Shown here in pieces: positions 26,082-63,724 of a stretch of DNA of 64,000 bases. Position 1 is the stretch's first letter. Each line of letters begins with the position of its first letter. The DNA is from Chrysomallon squamiferum. Lineage: Eukaryota; Animalia; Mollusca. The stretch is taken from NCBI GenBank assembly GCA_012295275.1, contig CM022666.1, positions 7,564,001-7,628,000 of the forward strand, written 5' to 3'. The notes below the pieces were generated by a model, which did no database searches, was not told the DNA's origin, and saw only the letters and a list, made by a program, of their open reading frames with translations. The position numbers and the translations under genes were made by a program.

Positions 26082-28967
26082 ACTGCATGTGTGTATGTAT
26101 ATTTATGTATATATGCATGATATGTAAAATCTGTACTTTCATTGTTATTAAAAATAAAAATTAAATATGACATAAATTGTTTCAGAAACTGTCATTTAAA
26201 GGTTTTACACCTACATTTAAAACTGCAATATTAATCATTTTCATTTTGTGTCTGGCAGATCAATATTAAGTGTAGTAACATTTCTAATTAATTTTTTTAA
26301 TGTCGTTTTACTTGTTTTGTTAATTTATCCCATGTAATGTTTATTTGTGTGTGTTTTCTATAGCAGTTTCAACTTTGTGTGAATTTTATTTTATAGTGTT
26401 CTTAACGTTCTTTACTTGTTTTGGTGAGTAATTTTTCACATGTTATATGGTTTTCTTTATTATTATTATTATTACTATTATTATTATTATTATTATTTAT
26501 TTATTTATTTTTTTTTTGTTGTTGTTGGTTTATGCAAGTTTCTATGTCCATTTGTGTACATATTGCACATACAAAGGATCAAGTACAGTTATGTATATGT
26601 ATTTATTTTATTTTATTTATTATATTTTTGTTTCATTATTATTATTTTTTCAAATAAAGTGCCATGACATTGTATGAATGCATACATTTCTACAAATAAA
26701 GAAAATTTTAACTAGGTGATATATTTATTTGTTTTTTATTATTTTTATTATTATACAATATTATTATATTTTTATTATTATTATTTATTTATTTATATAT
26801 ATATTTTTTAATTATTTATTTATTTATTTATATTTCTTAGTTGTTGTTGTAATGCAATCATTCCTGTATTAAGGATTTCATATATTTATGATATGCAGTA
26901 ATTTTAATACATGTTATATATAATAAGATGCTGTTATTTTGGTAAATGTAAATATTTTTCTATTTTATTATTAGTTAAAATAATGGTCTGATCATGTGCA
27001 ACCCCTCACCTTGTACATTTTTTATTTATTATTATTATTATTATTGTTTTTTTTTTTTTTTTTTTTAATAATTTAAACTTAAAAGATGTATTTCTGCTTA
27101 ATTTAAATAAGCAATTATTTTGTAACGAACACTGATCATTATTAAGTGATGAAAGCTGATTTTCATTAATTATCTCCCCTGACCTATGCTGCCATATAAC
27201 AATTGAATGAATTATTATTTTTTTATTCCATTAATTTTGTAAACCTATTATTTATTTTCTTTATTTCTATATTTATTTGGTTAGTTTGTGAATATTCTTT
27301 TTATCATTATCTTGAAGTATGTTTTACAGATGCACAACAAATAATTCCTTATTTAATATGTTATTCTATAAAATGGGACACTACAGTTCACTACAATTTA
27401 TGCGATGTACAAATATTTTATAATATAAAGTTTCACATATGTACATGCTATAGTTAATTGGAGTATAGTTATTTTCTATACATAAATCCTGCAATTCAAA
27501 GAAAACTTTGAAATTTTTGACATTAAAACCAAATTACCATATTCAAAACATATTCTATAATTCTGCTTAAAATGCTATATTTAACCAAGCATTTACATGT
27601 GTGTCCTTTGTCTTTGTGTGACTGTGTGTGTGTGTGTGTGTGTTTGTGTACCAATTTGTTAGCGATACAAAAATATTTGCAACATTTCCAGAAAGTATCT
27701 TTAAACTTTCGTGTACAAACGCTGATTTATAATTTCAATAAATTAAAATCACCAATCTGTTTCCTGGTTTTCAATGTAAATGCTAAATTATAACAAAATT
27801 AATTTAAAATTTTCTTTATTACAAATGCTTCTTAACTTGCCATTATACTTCAGTTTGTTTTAGAACTTGCTATGCTAAATGCTTAATAAGGAGTATTCTA
27901 AATAATTAGTAGTATTACTAGAATAATATTAAATTAACAGATTTCTCTATATCATTATATTAATATTTATTTATTTATTATGCTGCTTTTTTTTTTATCT
28001 TTTTTTTATTTCTTCATCTGCAGGGAAATAAATGGCCATTTACTTTTGCATTCGTTCAATAATAAAAATTAATTAATTAATGACACACCCTCAAAAAATC
28101 AATCACACACTGTAAAATATTGGTAATTATATCTACAAATTAATTACTAGTAATAATATAAAAAAAAAACTACTGTTTGATAAGGATTTATTGCATTGAA
28201 GTGTAATATAAAATTTTGCCACATTTTATGCATACTTCATTATTATCAGCATTTTTTTATAATTTTTAATGTATAATAATTAAAAAGAATTATGTTTATA
28301 TTATAATAACTGTTATTGTTCAGTTTATCCTGAAATAAAAAGGGAGAACAAATTTTTGTGTTTTGTTAGTTATTTTTTTCTGTTTTATTTTATTGTTGCT
28401 GTTTTTATAAGTCACATGAGAAATCTATTTCTGATAAAAGAAAAAAATCATTTGTAATTTTTGTATTATTTTAATAATAATAATAATAATAGTAGTAGTA
28501 GTAGTATCATTATTAGTATTAGTATTTTTACTAATAAAACTACTGCTTTTTATTATTATCATGATCTTTACTTTTAATACTACAGTTAATAATATTATTT
28601 AACAGTAAATATGTAAACACAAAATAAATAATATAAGAAAAAACGGACATAAAAAACAAATCATTTAATTTCTTCCCAATACATATGCATTTTTTTCTTC
28701 AAATTATTGTTAATAGCACAAATACAGTCAGTCATGCATATAGATAACAGTACAACCATTTTGAAATGTATAATATTTTGTAACATTTTTTACTTTGTTT
28801 GGCTTAGAATAAGAATATAAAAGTAAATAAATGACAAATAAACAAGTATGTTACAAATTTTAAATAAACAACATGAAAAAAACATGGAAATGAAGGTTAT
28901 AATTGAATTTAAAAAAAAAAATTAAAAAAAAATATACAGTAAGGAATCAAAAATTAAAGAAAACATT

Positions 28968-29373
28968 TCATATTGGTGTTATTCTTGGTGGCTTGTTCCT
29001 GGTGACTTCATATTGTTGACTTGTTCTTGGTGACTTCATATTGGTGATTTGTTCTTGGTGACTTCATGCTGATGACTTGTTCTTGGTGATTTGTTCTTGG
29101 TGACTTCATATTGGTGACTTGTTCTTGATGACTTCATATTGGTGACTTGTTTTTGGTGACTTCATATTGGTGACTTGTTCCTTGTGACATCATATTGATG
29201 GCTTGTTCTTAGTTACTTCATATTGGTTGCTTGTTTCTGGTGACTTTATATTGATGACTTGTCCTTGGTGACTTGTTCCTGGTTACATTGCTCTGGTGAC
29301 CTGTTCCAGATGATTTCTTACTGGTCACCTTTTGTTGGTGATTTGTTCCTGGTGTCTGGATTTTGATGTTTTC

Positions 29374-29397
<24 letters not shown>
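28968..29397 (-). repeat. 14/28-bp minisatellite overlapping the ABCC5 stop codon and 3' UTR
   Basis: Plus-strand unit ttggtgactt followed alternately by gttc or cata, repeated many times. Confidence 0.9.
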
Positions 29398-51972
<22,575 letters not shown>

Positions 51973-52310
51973 TTCTGGTAATAATAATAATAACAGTAAT
52001 ATTAAGAATAATAATGATGATAATAAAGATAATTATAATAATAACGCATAATAATCCTGAAGATAATGATAATAATAATCATAATTATAATAATAATAAA
52101 GATAATATTAGTAGTAGTAATAGTAACAGTAATAATAACAACAGTAATAATCAAATGATAATGAAATAATCATATTATTAATGATAAATTTAGTAATAGC
52201 AACAATAATAATAATTAACAAATAAAATATTGAAATTTTTTTTAATAAATAAATTTTATAATAATAATAATTATTATTATTTATTTTTTATTTAATTTTA
52301 GTAGTAGTAA

Positions 52311-52349
<39 letters not shown>

Positions 52350-53844
52350 TATATATATTTTTTTTATATATATATTTTTTTGTATACTGCTTCTCTATAA
52401 ATAATTACAAAAATGAACTACAAACTCGTAATTGCAGTGCTTATCTTGCCCGTACACTGTGTCTGCAGCCAGTGAAAGTCAAAAAGTAAGCTACTATGAA
52501 TTCCGTGACCGTACCGAAAGCAATAAAGGTTAGACTTACTTGCAGCATGAGTTCCGGTTTTTGACCCGTGGTGAAAAACTGGAGGCATTGAATATTTCGT
52601 GTCAGTATATGCTGCTATGAAAACAGCTAAGGAATGTCACAGTATAAATTTTAACACACAACCTTTTTTTTTTTTTATACAAGTTGTTTGTCTTTTGCGT
52701 TCTAGATCGTGCACTGGTACTTAACAAAACGTAATAAATATTACGTAACGTGTTAAGAATTCCGTCATTTATACAAATATTTTTTGTAATAAAAAAAAAA
52801 AAAAAAAAAAAATGGAAAAAAGTATATAAACTACAAATTCAAAACTAATAATGTACAACACTATTATCGTAAGAACGGCTGGTTTATCCTGAAGGCAGTT
52901 TGCAGAAAACACAATTTGCGTTTCAGAACACGAAGAGATTACTAATGTTTAAAGTTTTCGTAGGAACGACTTCAAAGAAAGGCTTGAGTTAATAATTACC
53001 CTTAATAAATGAACAGAATTACAGCTGCCAGTTTCACTAAGCGTATGCGTGCATACATGTAGACACTGGTATGATTATTCAAGAATAAATTTATGACGTC
53101 AAAAGGGTTGGGTTTTTTGTTGTTGTTTTGTACTTTTAAATCGAAAACGCATTACAGTTATTTTATGCTGTAATATGATACGCTATATCTGGTGATGTGT
53201 ATGTTGTTGTGTTCTTAAAATAGAAACATTGACATATAATAATGTCCTGTTGTAGTTCTCTTTGATTATGCTTCCAGTTACATTAGCATGTCGTAATAAA
53301 ATTGTCAGATCCAAAGAGGACGGTACTTAAGCCCTATTACTCACACGAACAAAGTGGTGGGGACGCGTAGCCAGTTATTGAAGCAAACAAAACACGCGTT
53401 AGCTCCCTTTACAAAACGTCGAATCGTACTACGTTTATTGATACAGTAATGTAAAATTCAAATCGCGAATCGCACCGGAATAAATTTAAGAAAGCCCCTG
53501 CTCAAGATAAATAAGAACTATAAAGATCTATTTGACGTTCTAGTGCTATATTTTGAAGAGATTTCTTCTACATACAATCAGCTATTGTTTGTTTGTCTTA
53601 TGCTATTCTTGTACTGTATATTCATAGCTAAATATGACTTTTTCGCATGACTCATCTTAATAACAATAAGGGCACCCAGACATACATTCAAAATAAGTTC
53701 TTTTTATATATATATATTTGCACTACGTGAGCACTTTTAGACGATTTGTAGCAGGAGATAGAAATTTTTGTTTCCTTATTGTCTATTATATTTATTTAGT
53801 TGTTATTTATTGAGTTATTTAGTCGGTTAGGTAGTTTTATTTGT

Positions 53845-53876
<32 letters not shown>

Positions 53877-54185
53877 AGAGTTATTTATTATTTAGTTAGT
53901 TAATTAGTTTTTATTTCTCTCTTTCTTTTTTTTTTTTTTCATATTTATTTATTTATTTATTATATTTGTTTGTTTCTTTATTTGTTCCTTTGTTTCTTTT
54001 TTCATATTTATTTATTAGCTTATTTTTTACTTGAACAGCAAAGGAAAGCACAAACCGCGGTTTTTTAATGAATGAGTTTGTGGGGCACACAGTGCAAATA
54101 AAAATAGTTCAAGGTTATTCAGCACTAGGCCAGCCTTTGTACTTATATTAAGTAAGTGTGAATGCTTTCAGATTTTCCTCTTCTA

Positions 54186-54216
<31 letters not shown>

Positions 54217-54649
54217 CGTGATGGGAGTAAAAAAAAATTTATTTTATAATTTTAACAAATAATTTTTATTAATGATAAACACTGACAATAAAAAAATTAA
54301 TTCTAATATCAAAACTCGTGATATTCGGCAGGACAAGATATAGGATTTTGGTGTCTCCGTATTAATATATACATATATAATTAAAAATATAAACAGTAGT
54401 AATCCATGAATTATTTGTTAATTTTTTCTTTCATTTATTGTGAAAGCCATTTTTTGGTGGAGCGGAGTGTTCAGCGGCAGTTTTGACCAAATTTGTAGTC
54501 GATGTTAAATCAGGAAACGCACATTTTCTGTGTCGTTTCCTTCCGCAAGCACGTGCTTGTTTTTCTTTATTGTTAATCAGCCCTGTCAACAATAATAACT
54601 GAAATAATTACTTGTATGTTTAGAATAAAGTGTTTACCACGCTTGTTCG

Positions 54650-55460
54650 CAATCATACACACACACACACATACACATACACACATATATTTAATTATAC
54701 GTATATACATAGATGCATACATACATACATACATAAACACACACATACATACATACATACATACATACACACACATATAAACACCCATAAATACATACAT
54801 ACATACATACATACATACAAAACAGACATTCATACATATATATAATTATACATACATACATATTAATTATACATACATACATACTTACATACATTCATAT
54901 ACACACATACATAAAAACACAAATACATAGATTCATACACACACACACATATAATTATACATACATACATGCATACATACATGCATACATATATACAGAC
55001 ATTCATGCACGCACGAAAACACACACACATATAAATTATACATACATACATACACACACACATATATAATTATACATACATACATAGATGCATACATGCA
55101 TACATGCACACACATATAAACACCCATAATTACACACACATACATACATACATAAACACACACATACATACATACATGCACACATACACACACTTATAAA
55201 CACCCATAAATACATACATACATACATACATACATACGTATATACAGACATTCATACATATATACAGACATTCATGCATGCATGAAAACACGCACACATA
55301 TATATAATTATACATACATACATACTTACATACATTCATATACACACATACATAAAAACACAAATACATAGATACATACACACATACATACAAATATAGA
55401 TACACATACATACAAACATATAGATACACACGCACACAAATATAGATACACATACATATC
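54650..55460. repeat. Compound (CA)/(CATA)/(TA) microsatellite block with internal higher-order duplications
   Basis: For example catacttacatacattcatatacacacatacataaaaacacaaatacataga occurs near 54880 and 55320; ataaacacccataa occurs three times. Confidence 0.85.
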
Positions 55461-56703
55461 AAAGCATTAAAAGAAGACACGTGCTTGTCTCTGACGGTTA
55501 TAATAAATGAAGAAATATACGAAAAAAAAAAAAAATTCTAGACAGCACTCGACACAGATTTTAATTGCGTTATGCTTGGTTGAATAGTGCATATCCGCGA
55601 AATATCTTTATGGTTGACAAAACCGCTAACCAGAGTAATATCTCATTTTAGTTTCTGCTTAAATTTATTGTCAGTTGACGACTTTTTGTGTTTGGTTGTT
55701 TCTTTTTTTGTTTTTTTATTGCTTTTGCTCCGTTGGTTTTTTTTGGGGATTGTTTTTTCTTGGGGGGGGCGAGGATGTTTTTTGAGGATTGTTCTTTTTG
55801 TTTTGTTTCTTTGTTTCTTTATTTTGGGTTTTTTAGTTGTTTTCGGGGAAGTTTGGTATTGTTTTTTTTTTTTTTTGTTTTTTTTACATTTCTTTTGTCT
55901 GTGTATGTTTTTGTTTTTTGTGGGTGTATTTTGAAATAATATTTTGCATATCATTAAAGACTGTTAAGAGTCGTATTACTGCTGCTACTACTGTTACTAA
56001 AACCACTTCTATTAATACGACTACAGTTACTACTACTACTATCACTGCTACTACTACTATACGACTATTACTGCTACTACTACCACTACCATTACTACTA
56101 CTATTACTACTACTACTGCTTATTACTACTACTGCTACTATCACTGCTGCTACTATTACTTTTACTGCTATTACTATAACTGCTGTTGCTATTACTTCTG
56201 CGACTACTACTACTACAATTACTACTATTACTACTACTACAACTGTTATTAGTGTTTATTGTTGTAGCTGAATATGGTGCGTCTGTTTTAATTTTTATTT
56301 GCATAATTTATATTATTTTTATAATTATTACTATTTCTTGTATTATTAACATTATTATTTTATCTATGATATTATTATTTGTATTATTAATATTATTACT
56401 ATTGCTGCTGTTCTTGTTATTATCATCATCATCATTAATAAATTTAAGAATCTAAAAAATCACAGTAAGTATTCATTCATTATTCTGTACAGTTGAATAA
56501 TAATGTCTAATTGTATAAAGGGTTAGTTTTATGATTATGCTATCCAAGGTCAATGCCCTCTGTTTGTCACCAACTGGGTACGTCTTGAACCGCAAAAAGC
56601 ATGAATCATGTTTGTCCGAAATTGGGGATGGTACGAAAATAGGTCACTTTCAAATAGCTTTGTTCGGAAGTTCAGAACAAATGAACGAAAAAAGAATATT
56701 AGC

Positions 56704-56748
<45 letters not shown>

Positions 56749-57163
56749 GTAGTAGTATTTATTATTTATTTATTTTAAATAATAAACCAATAATTAATAA
56801 AATAAAATAACGCAAGTACTTTCACGTGCTGTTAAATAACGGATAATATTGGTACCATCCACCAGCATTAGCCCGAGTATCTGTACGGTTGCCAAAGTTT
56901 AGCCAAAAAACAACCAGCTTATACGACCTTGAGAAAATGCACTATAAAGTAAAGACTAACTAAAGAAAACAATGGGCATAAATTATACGAGAATTAAGAG
57001 TTAACGTATATAATTATACAAAAATAGTTACTTTTCGTCCTACTGTGACAGAATTACTGTTATGACCATGACCGATGTCAGTCTATTTTTGAATAAATTA
57101 TTGTCATAGTGACAGAATAGTCATCTCGTGCGGGAACTACTACAGTTGTTGCTATTATGATTG

Positions 57164-57234
<71 letters not shown>

Positions 57235-57527
57235 ACTCACAACTTGAAGTAATTATATGGTAACCCTTTGTATATGTTTCTCAATAATAAAAAAGAGAAT
57301 AATATTAAATTTGTTTTTGGCATTTCGTGCATTTTCGTTTAAACCCGTAAAACGTAAGATTGGCTCACGGATCTCTGACAATAATTTCTCAGTGTTGTTG
57401 TTATTGTTGTTGTTAAATTGATGATAATGATATAGAAAAAAAAAATTCAAATTATTATTGTTGATGTTGTTACTTTAATTAAATTATTATTGTTCTAGTG
57501 TTGTGTTTTTAAAACCATAATGATAAA

Positions 57528-57608
<81 letters not shown>

Positions 57609-58294
57609 CAACTGCACTATTTAAATATAATTTTATAATTCTGCTTATCACAACTACATAATTATAACTACATTTTATAATCCCATGTAAATTTGCACGG
57701 CAAATGCTCAGAAGGACCTAACGTTTTTCATTACACGTAAGACAATGAATCTAGCGTTTTCGCGAAATCCCCAAAACATTCATGAAATTCATGAAATCTT
57801 TATTTCGCTGAAATATCAAGGGTTTTCGCGTATTTACTGAAATGAGGCGTTAGTTTTTATTACGAAAATCCCTGACCATTGTTTATTACACCATTCGTGT
57901 CAGTTTGTCCACACCAACATCGAAAAACTAATGAACAGGGAAATGCTTCTGTAAGCATTAATCCGCGTGCAGCTTATAACCGTATTTATTTCAAAACGGA
58001 GCGATCATTTTTAACTGTGACATAGCCCGTGTAAAAAAAAAAAAAAAAATTGTAAATTATTTACGAAACATTTTCTAACATTTTCTGCGGTTTTAAATAT
58101 AACATATCTTCTTATTAATTTTTATTCTTTATCATTTAACCTAGTTTACAAAGATTTAAAAAAATGCCACATCAGTTATATGTGATATTTCATAAACCTT
58201 CAAGACACGTTTAAATTAGTGCTGCTACTACTACTACTATTACTACTACTACTACTACTATTACTACTACTACTACTACTACTATTACTACTAT

Positions 58295-58356
<62 letters not shown>

Positions 58357-59320
58357 TTAATACTGCTACTGACGAATGAAATACTTTAATAATAGGGAAT
58401 TAACTATCGATAAAATATCTGTACAGATATTTGACACACAGAGGGGGAGGGATATTTCAAAAGACTGTTAATCATAACAATAAATTAAAATACATTAATG
58501 ATTCTTCAAGTGCCGAGAACGGACTAGGTTTATGTCACTGATCATACGTTACAATGCAGTTTTATTTAATATTTAAAAATATAAAATAACATTTCAGATA
58601 AAAAGGAAACGTACTATACATCACTGGATTGGAATATTTGTTTGAAAATGTGATATTTGTTTTCCTATCAGAAAGTGGTGAAAATATTTTAAAATTAAAT
58701 AAAAGTAACTAAAATAAAACTAAAAAAAAATAAAAAAAAATAATAAAATAAAACTTAAAAATAAAATTAAATTAAAAAAAAAAAAGTAAATAAAATAAAT
58801 ACAAAATAAAAAAAAATAAAAAAAAAAAAATAAATATATAAAATAAAATAAAAAAAAAATAAAAAAAAAAAAAAAAAACAAAAAAAAAAAAAAAATGAAA
58901 ATAAAATAAAATAACACAAAATAAAATAAAACAAAACTAAATAAAATAAAATAAAATAAAATATAATAAGGTGTTAGATATAATAATTCTGTACAACACA
59001 AGTGACTAGCATTATAAAATACCAATGCGCTGGAAAACATTCCTGTGCATTTTCAGATTGAAACCTTTCGTTAATTTCTGGAGGGTGACTAGAAGATGTC
59101 AAACTGTGTAGGGTTCTCTCTGTAGAGAATTCTGATACTGGCAGCATGATGAACACAGATCAATACATTACAAAATATGGTCAAATTGGCTTTACAGTCA
59201 ACACCAGCGAGAACTTTTGATTAAAGCACAGTACCATGAAATGACGGTTGTAAAACAGATACTTAAAGTACGTAATTACCAAGTTCAAACGCTTACGAAT
59301 TATTTTTTTTTACATTTTAA

Positions 59321-59355
<35 letters not shown>

Positions 59356-60300
59356 CATTACTAAACGAATCACCATATTATTTCCCAAACTTCCTAAACA
59401 GGATCCAAACATGTTGTGTTATATAGTACTGTTTCCTCGGTAATTCTGCGAAATCCCTACAGATGTTTAAATCCCTAAAAGTCTTTGTCTCTTTTCTTTT
59501 TTACATTCATTATTAGTACGCGAAGAATCTATAAATTAACTTTTATTACGCTAGCAAAATCTATATTTATTACGTGTAGTAAAATGCTTAAAGTAATTTT
59601 TATGCTTAAGTAATCGACAATTAATCGATAATTAATCCATTTCCAAATCTCAGAATTTATAGCCGGAAAAGTATATGAACAAAAATAAGCAACGAATCTT
59701 TAATGTGTACGTATTAGGGTAGCACATACGAAGTCCACTGATAAAGAATAAAATATTGATAGATAAAATTGAAAAAGGATCTATTGTGAAACTAATGAAA
59801 CTTAAGCTTTAAGGTCGCTAATCCGGCAGTTTAGTCCACAAAATGTTAATCCAAATCTGAGATGCTGTGGTTAATATATTTTTTGAATGTATGGAACAAG
59901 CCTTTGAAGAATAAAACACTGGTATACTCGATTTTTACTTGAGAAGAACCCTCGTAATAGTTCTGTCTGCAAGGCCCCAAAGAGTATAAGTAATATAGAG
60001 AATATAGTTTGTAGAAGAAGAAAAAGGCTGAATTACGGTAATGTATTCCATATGCAGTCAAATGATATTTTACTTGTACTTCACCACCAGTCTTTAATAA
60101 TAATAAATCATAACAGTAATATATATATATATATATTTATATATTATATTATATGTCATAACAAACCTTGGAATTTTTTGCCTTTTGTTTTTTTCGTACA
60201 ACGTCGTTTCATACACATAAAAATGTAAAACAGTTCGTGAAAGACTAAGCAGTTAAGATGATTTATTTCTAAAATAAAAATTCATAAAAAGCCCGCTTAC

Positions 60301-60322
60301 CTTCTTCCTTAGCGTAAACCAT
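60301..60322 (-). CDS. Candidate distal first coding exon of ABCC5 (MVYAKEE)
   Basis: caaaATG GTT TAC GCT AAG GAA GAA G|GTAAG has a strong donor. Its phase-1 end joins in frame to the exon starting at 51974 (G+AA ATG ATG). A CpG-richer region lies upstream. Confidence 0.45.
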
Positions 60323-60953
60323 TTTGTTCACTTTCTTTATTGCTTTCCCTCCTCTAAACAGTATGCACCCGAGCCACAGCTTAATTATAAATTACGAAAC
60401 AGTCGTAATTGCTATTAAAAGTTTTATGCACCTCCAGATGTGAAATAACTTCCGTATGAAGTGGAGCAGAAGTTGTTTTAGCTATCTTTATTGCACCTAC
60501 TGGCGGAAATCAAAAGCTGCGTCGGGTTAAAATATGGAACGTACTTGATAAACAAAATAACTTGGAACTGTTATTAATATCTCTCACCCCGACCTCAGGT
60601 CAACCATATCATTTAGGTCAGGATGGATGTTCCACAATGTGACTGCATAACAGTACATTTTTAAATAATATTAAACAGCCTTTGATGTGGTTGTTGTCGT
60701 TGTCGCCGCTTTGTTGTCATACGTCTTCTTCTTGTTATTGTTGCGTTAGAACGAGAAAGAGACAGCTAGAGAGACAGAGATGTAATTACAAACAGAGCGA
60801 AGGGGTAGAGAGAACAAGAGTGGTGTGTGTGTGTGTAAAATATGGGAAATAAATCAAAATCAAAAATCAAAAAATCCAAACAGCATAATAAATATAGTAA
60901 AGAGAGACTTCAATATTTTTTTTTATATAAAAAAAAAATAATAATAATAATAA

Positions 60954-60984
<31 letters not shown>

Positions 60985-61002
60985 GAAAAATAAAAACATT
61001 AA

Positions 61003-61041
<39 letters not shown>

Positions 61042-61165
61042 ATCCGGGTGGATTTCTGAAATATGAAGTCTTTGCTATATTTATTGCCGTTTTTCGATTA
61101 ATTTTTTAATTATAATTTTATATTTAATTTTATTTTTAATTTTTCATTTGTTTTATTTTGTTTTA

Positions 61166-61211
<46 letters not shown>

Positions 61212-62024
61212 CAACATCATCATCATCATCATCATCATTATTTACTCCGACAATAATTATGTCATAGAAGAATGACATATACTAATCGTTAATATATTAA
61301 TAAATTATTATTATTTTTTTTTTTTATTTTTTTGGTATTAGGTGTCAGTAAACAACCACAATCTATCAACTCTGTTCTCGGAGATTTAAATGATTACTTA
61401 ATTTTATGTTCATCAGACATAAAAATTAATATATTTAGGTCTATTTGGTGACAGAGAATTCATAGAGCGGTTTTATGACGAATTAGGCCCTGGAGCTTGA
61501 TGACATACTTTTTTAAAAAGTGATCAAACTGAATGGACAAGCGTCTCAGGATAATTTATCGGTTCATCGATCGACCGATTGACCGATTGAAGGAAAGACT
61601 TACCGACCGAACCTCCGAGTGAATGACCTACTGATCTATTATTGAAGGATAGAATGAATGACTGAATGACTGAATGAATGAATGAATGAATGATTAATTG
61701 ATTGACTGAATGAATTGTTGAATGAAAGAATGTATGGATGAATAAACTAATGAGTCAAGGAATGAATTAACAAAACATACACTCAAAGACTGACTGGTCT
61801 ACATTACTTTAATTTTACTATTATTATTTTTATTTTTATACCAATAATATATAAAACATATCTGACAATATTTTAATCTAAATAATTAATTAATTATAAA
61901 TAAATATATTATAAACAAACAAAAATAATCAAACAAACAAACAAACAAACTCACAAACAAACAAAACAACAAACAAACAAACAAATAAATAAATTTTAAA
62001 ATGTTCGAAAAAATGAATATACAC

Positions 62025-63724
62025 TCATATTTTCAACCCTGATATCACCTTTTTTACTGAATCTAAAACTTGCAAAGCAGTGGGTCTCGAACCAGGATCT
62101 TCGGCCTTACACTTTCTAATGATAGATTTCATTTCCTTTGGCATAACTTTAGATCTGTCGAAAATGTACGACAAAACTACACCGAGGCGATAAATATCGG
62201 ATTCAAATGAGGTAGGCTCGCCTTCGGCAACTTCCGGAGAGTAAAACGTATTTACCTCTGTAATTTGTATTCCGCGGAAAGAGGCTTTGGCCAAATCGAA
62301 AAGTTTTATTTTCGGATTTCCATCTGTGATGTTTAAAATAATTGAATCGGTGTCCAGGCTGCTAATAATTACGTGCTTTTTATGAATTGACCGTATTGCA
62401 TCAGCCAGTTCTAATGCAATTGCCGTACAGAATGAAAGTGTTAAACTTCGGCGGGAATTAAGGATATCAGACAACGTCGTCCATTGTCCAGAAAATTTGA
62501 AAAGAATGCCTACGTCATTGGTTATGGGGTCCAATATTGTGATGCCTTTCACTTCCAACAAACTGTTATTGTCGCGTAAATACTCGTGAAACATCGCCTC
62601 TTTCCGTACTATCGCGAATGTGCTGTCCATTCCGTACTTTAAAACAACCTGTTCGTTAGAAGGAATAATTTCTGTTACCAAAATGTTATTATATAAACTG
62701 AATTTCCATTTTTCAGGTTCATGCAGGTCTTTTATTATATGTTTTGGAATTAAAACTGTTGTTAAATTTTTAAATGTTTCGTATTCTACGTCGGTTTTCG
62801 GAGGAAAGATGCGAGGCAGGAAAGGTGAACTGGCACAGTCAGAACCAATCGTTTGCAGTCGTGATATGACGTCATAAATCTTTGGTCTTAGCAACGGGTC
62901 CTTCTGAAGACACTGGTTAACCAACAGTGAATATATTCGGCTGTGAACATGCGGCTTCATCTTCTTCAGAATAAATCCCAAAGAATAAACGTCAACAGCA
63001 GGGGTGCTTACCTCGTACTGCATTTCCGGTGCTAAATTTGGAAATTCTTTAACATCTAAATGTCCAAGGTGATTTCCTCCTCGAAAAGAGGCGTCACCAA
63101 AGTCTATAAGATAAACTTTGATGTCCGATTCTCGCCACTGGACAAGGATATTGTTCATATGAAGATCGTTATAAATTACAAATTTTTCATGAAGAGATCG
63201 AATTATTTTAGCCACTTCGAGGCACAGGTAAATCCACGAACATTTTGGTATTTGTTTCTCTTCGTTAGCATTCAAAATATCTTCCAGCGTTGCAGTATTA
63301 GGCAGGTATTCTATGACAAGCCCTAATTTATGAACTTTAGACCCAGTGGGAACTAATCCAAAAATCGTTGGTACATAACCGATGTTTTCTAGGTATTTAT
63401 GTATTCGAAATTCCATTTCCACAGATTCACTGAGTAATCTTGATTTAAAGCTTTTTACGACAACCGGACAGTGGTTTGGACGAAACTGCGCAAGATAAAT
63501 ATTAGCGTAACTTCCGTTTCCGACTTTACGGAATTTTTTGTCCTTATCGACTTCATACAAAACTGCACCCTCGTGGAATATTGGCGGGTTAAAGGCTAAA
63601 AGATCTTTTGGTATATTGACATCACGGAATCCGTACATTTGGAAGACATTGTAGGGATCCATTACAGCGCACATACTTATATTTCCACCTGTGTAAAATT
63701 CAGGTGATCTGCACATGTGAGTAG
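62025..63724 (-). CDS. Tandem protein kinase + pseudokinase, single 1.7-kb exon (563 aa from ATG 63716; upstream exon unresolved)
   Basis: Acceptor ttattttcag at 63725. Domain 1 has GNGSYA, VVVK, E(alphaC), YNDLHMNN, DFG, APE, DVYSLG and RP. Domain 2 has no Gly loop and shows VVLK, ISSLDTDS, DLA, SPE, DIYRLG and RP. Stop codon TGA at 62025. Confidence 0.9.

Noticed and set aside
58974-60090. Two non-repetitive short minus-strand ORFs (58974-59156, 59846-60061)
   Set aside because: No recognisable homology and no convincing, consistent splice sites; I cannot support them as exons.
61440-61495. ttttatgacgaattaggccc resembling a Harbinger-type terminal repeat
   Set aside because: No matching partner end was found in the window.
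62620-63326. Plus-strand ORFs opposite the kinase
   Set aside because: These are antisense shadow ORFs of a real CDS.
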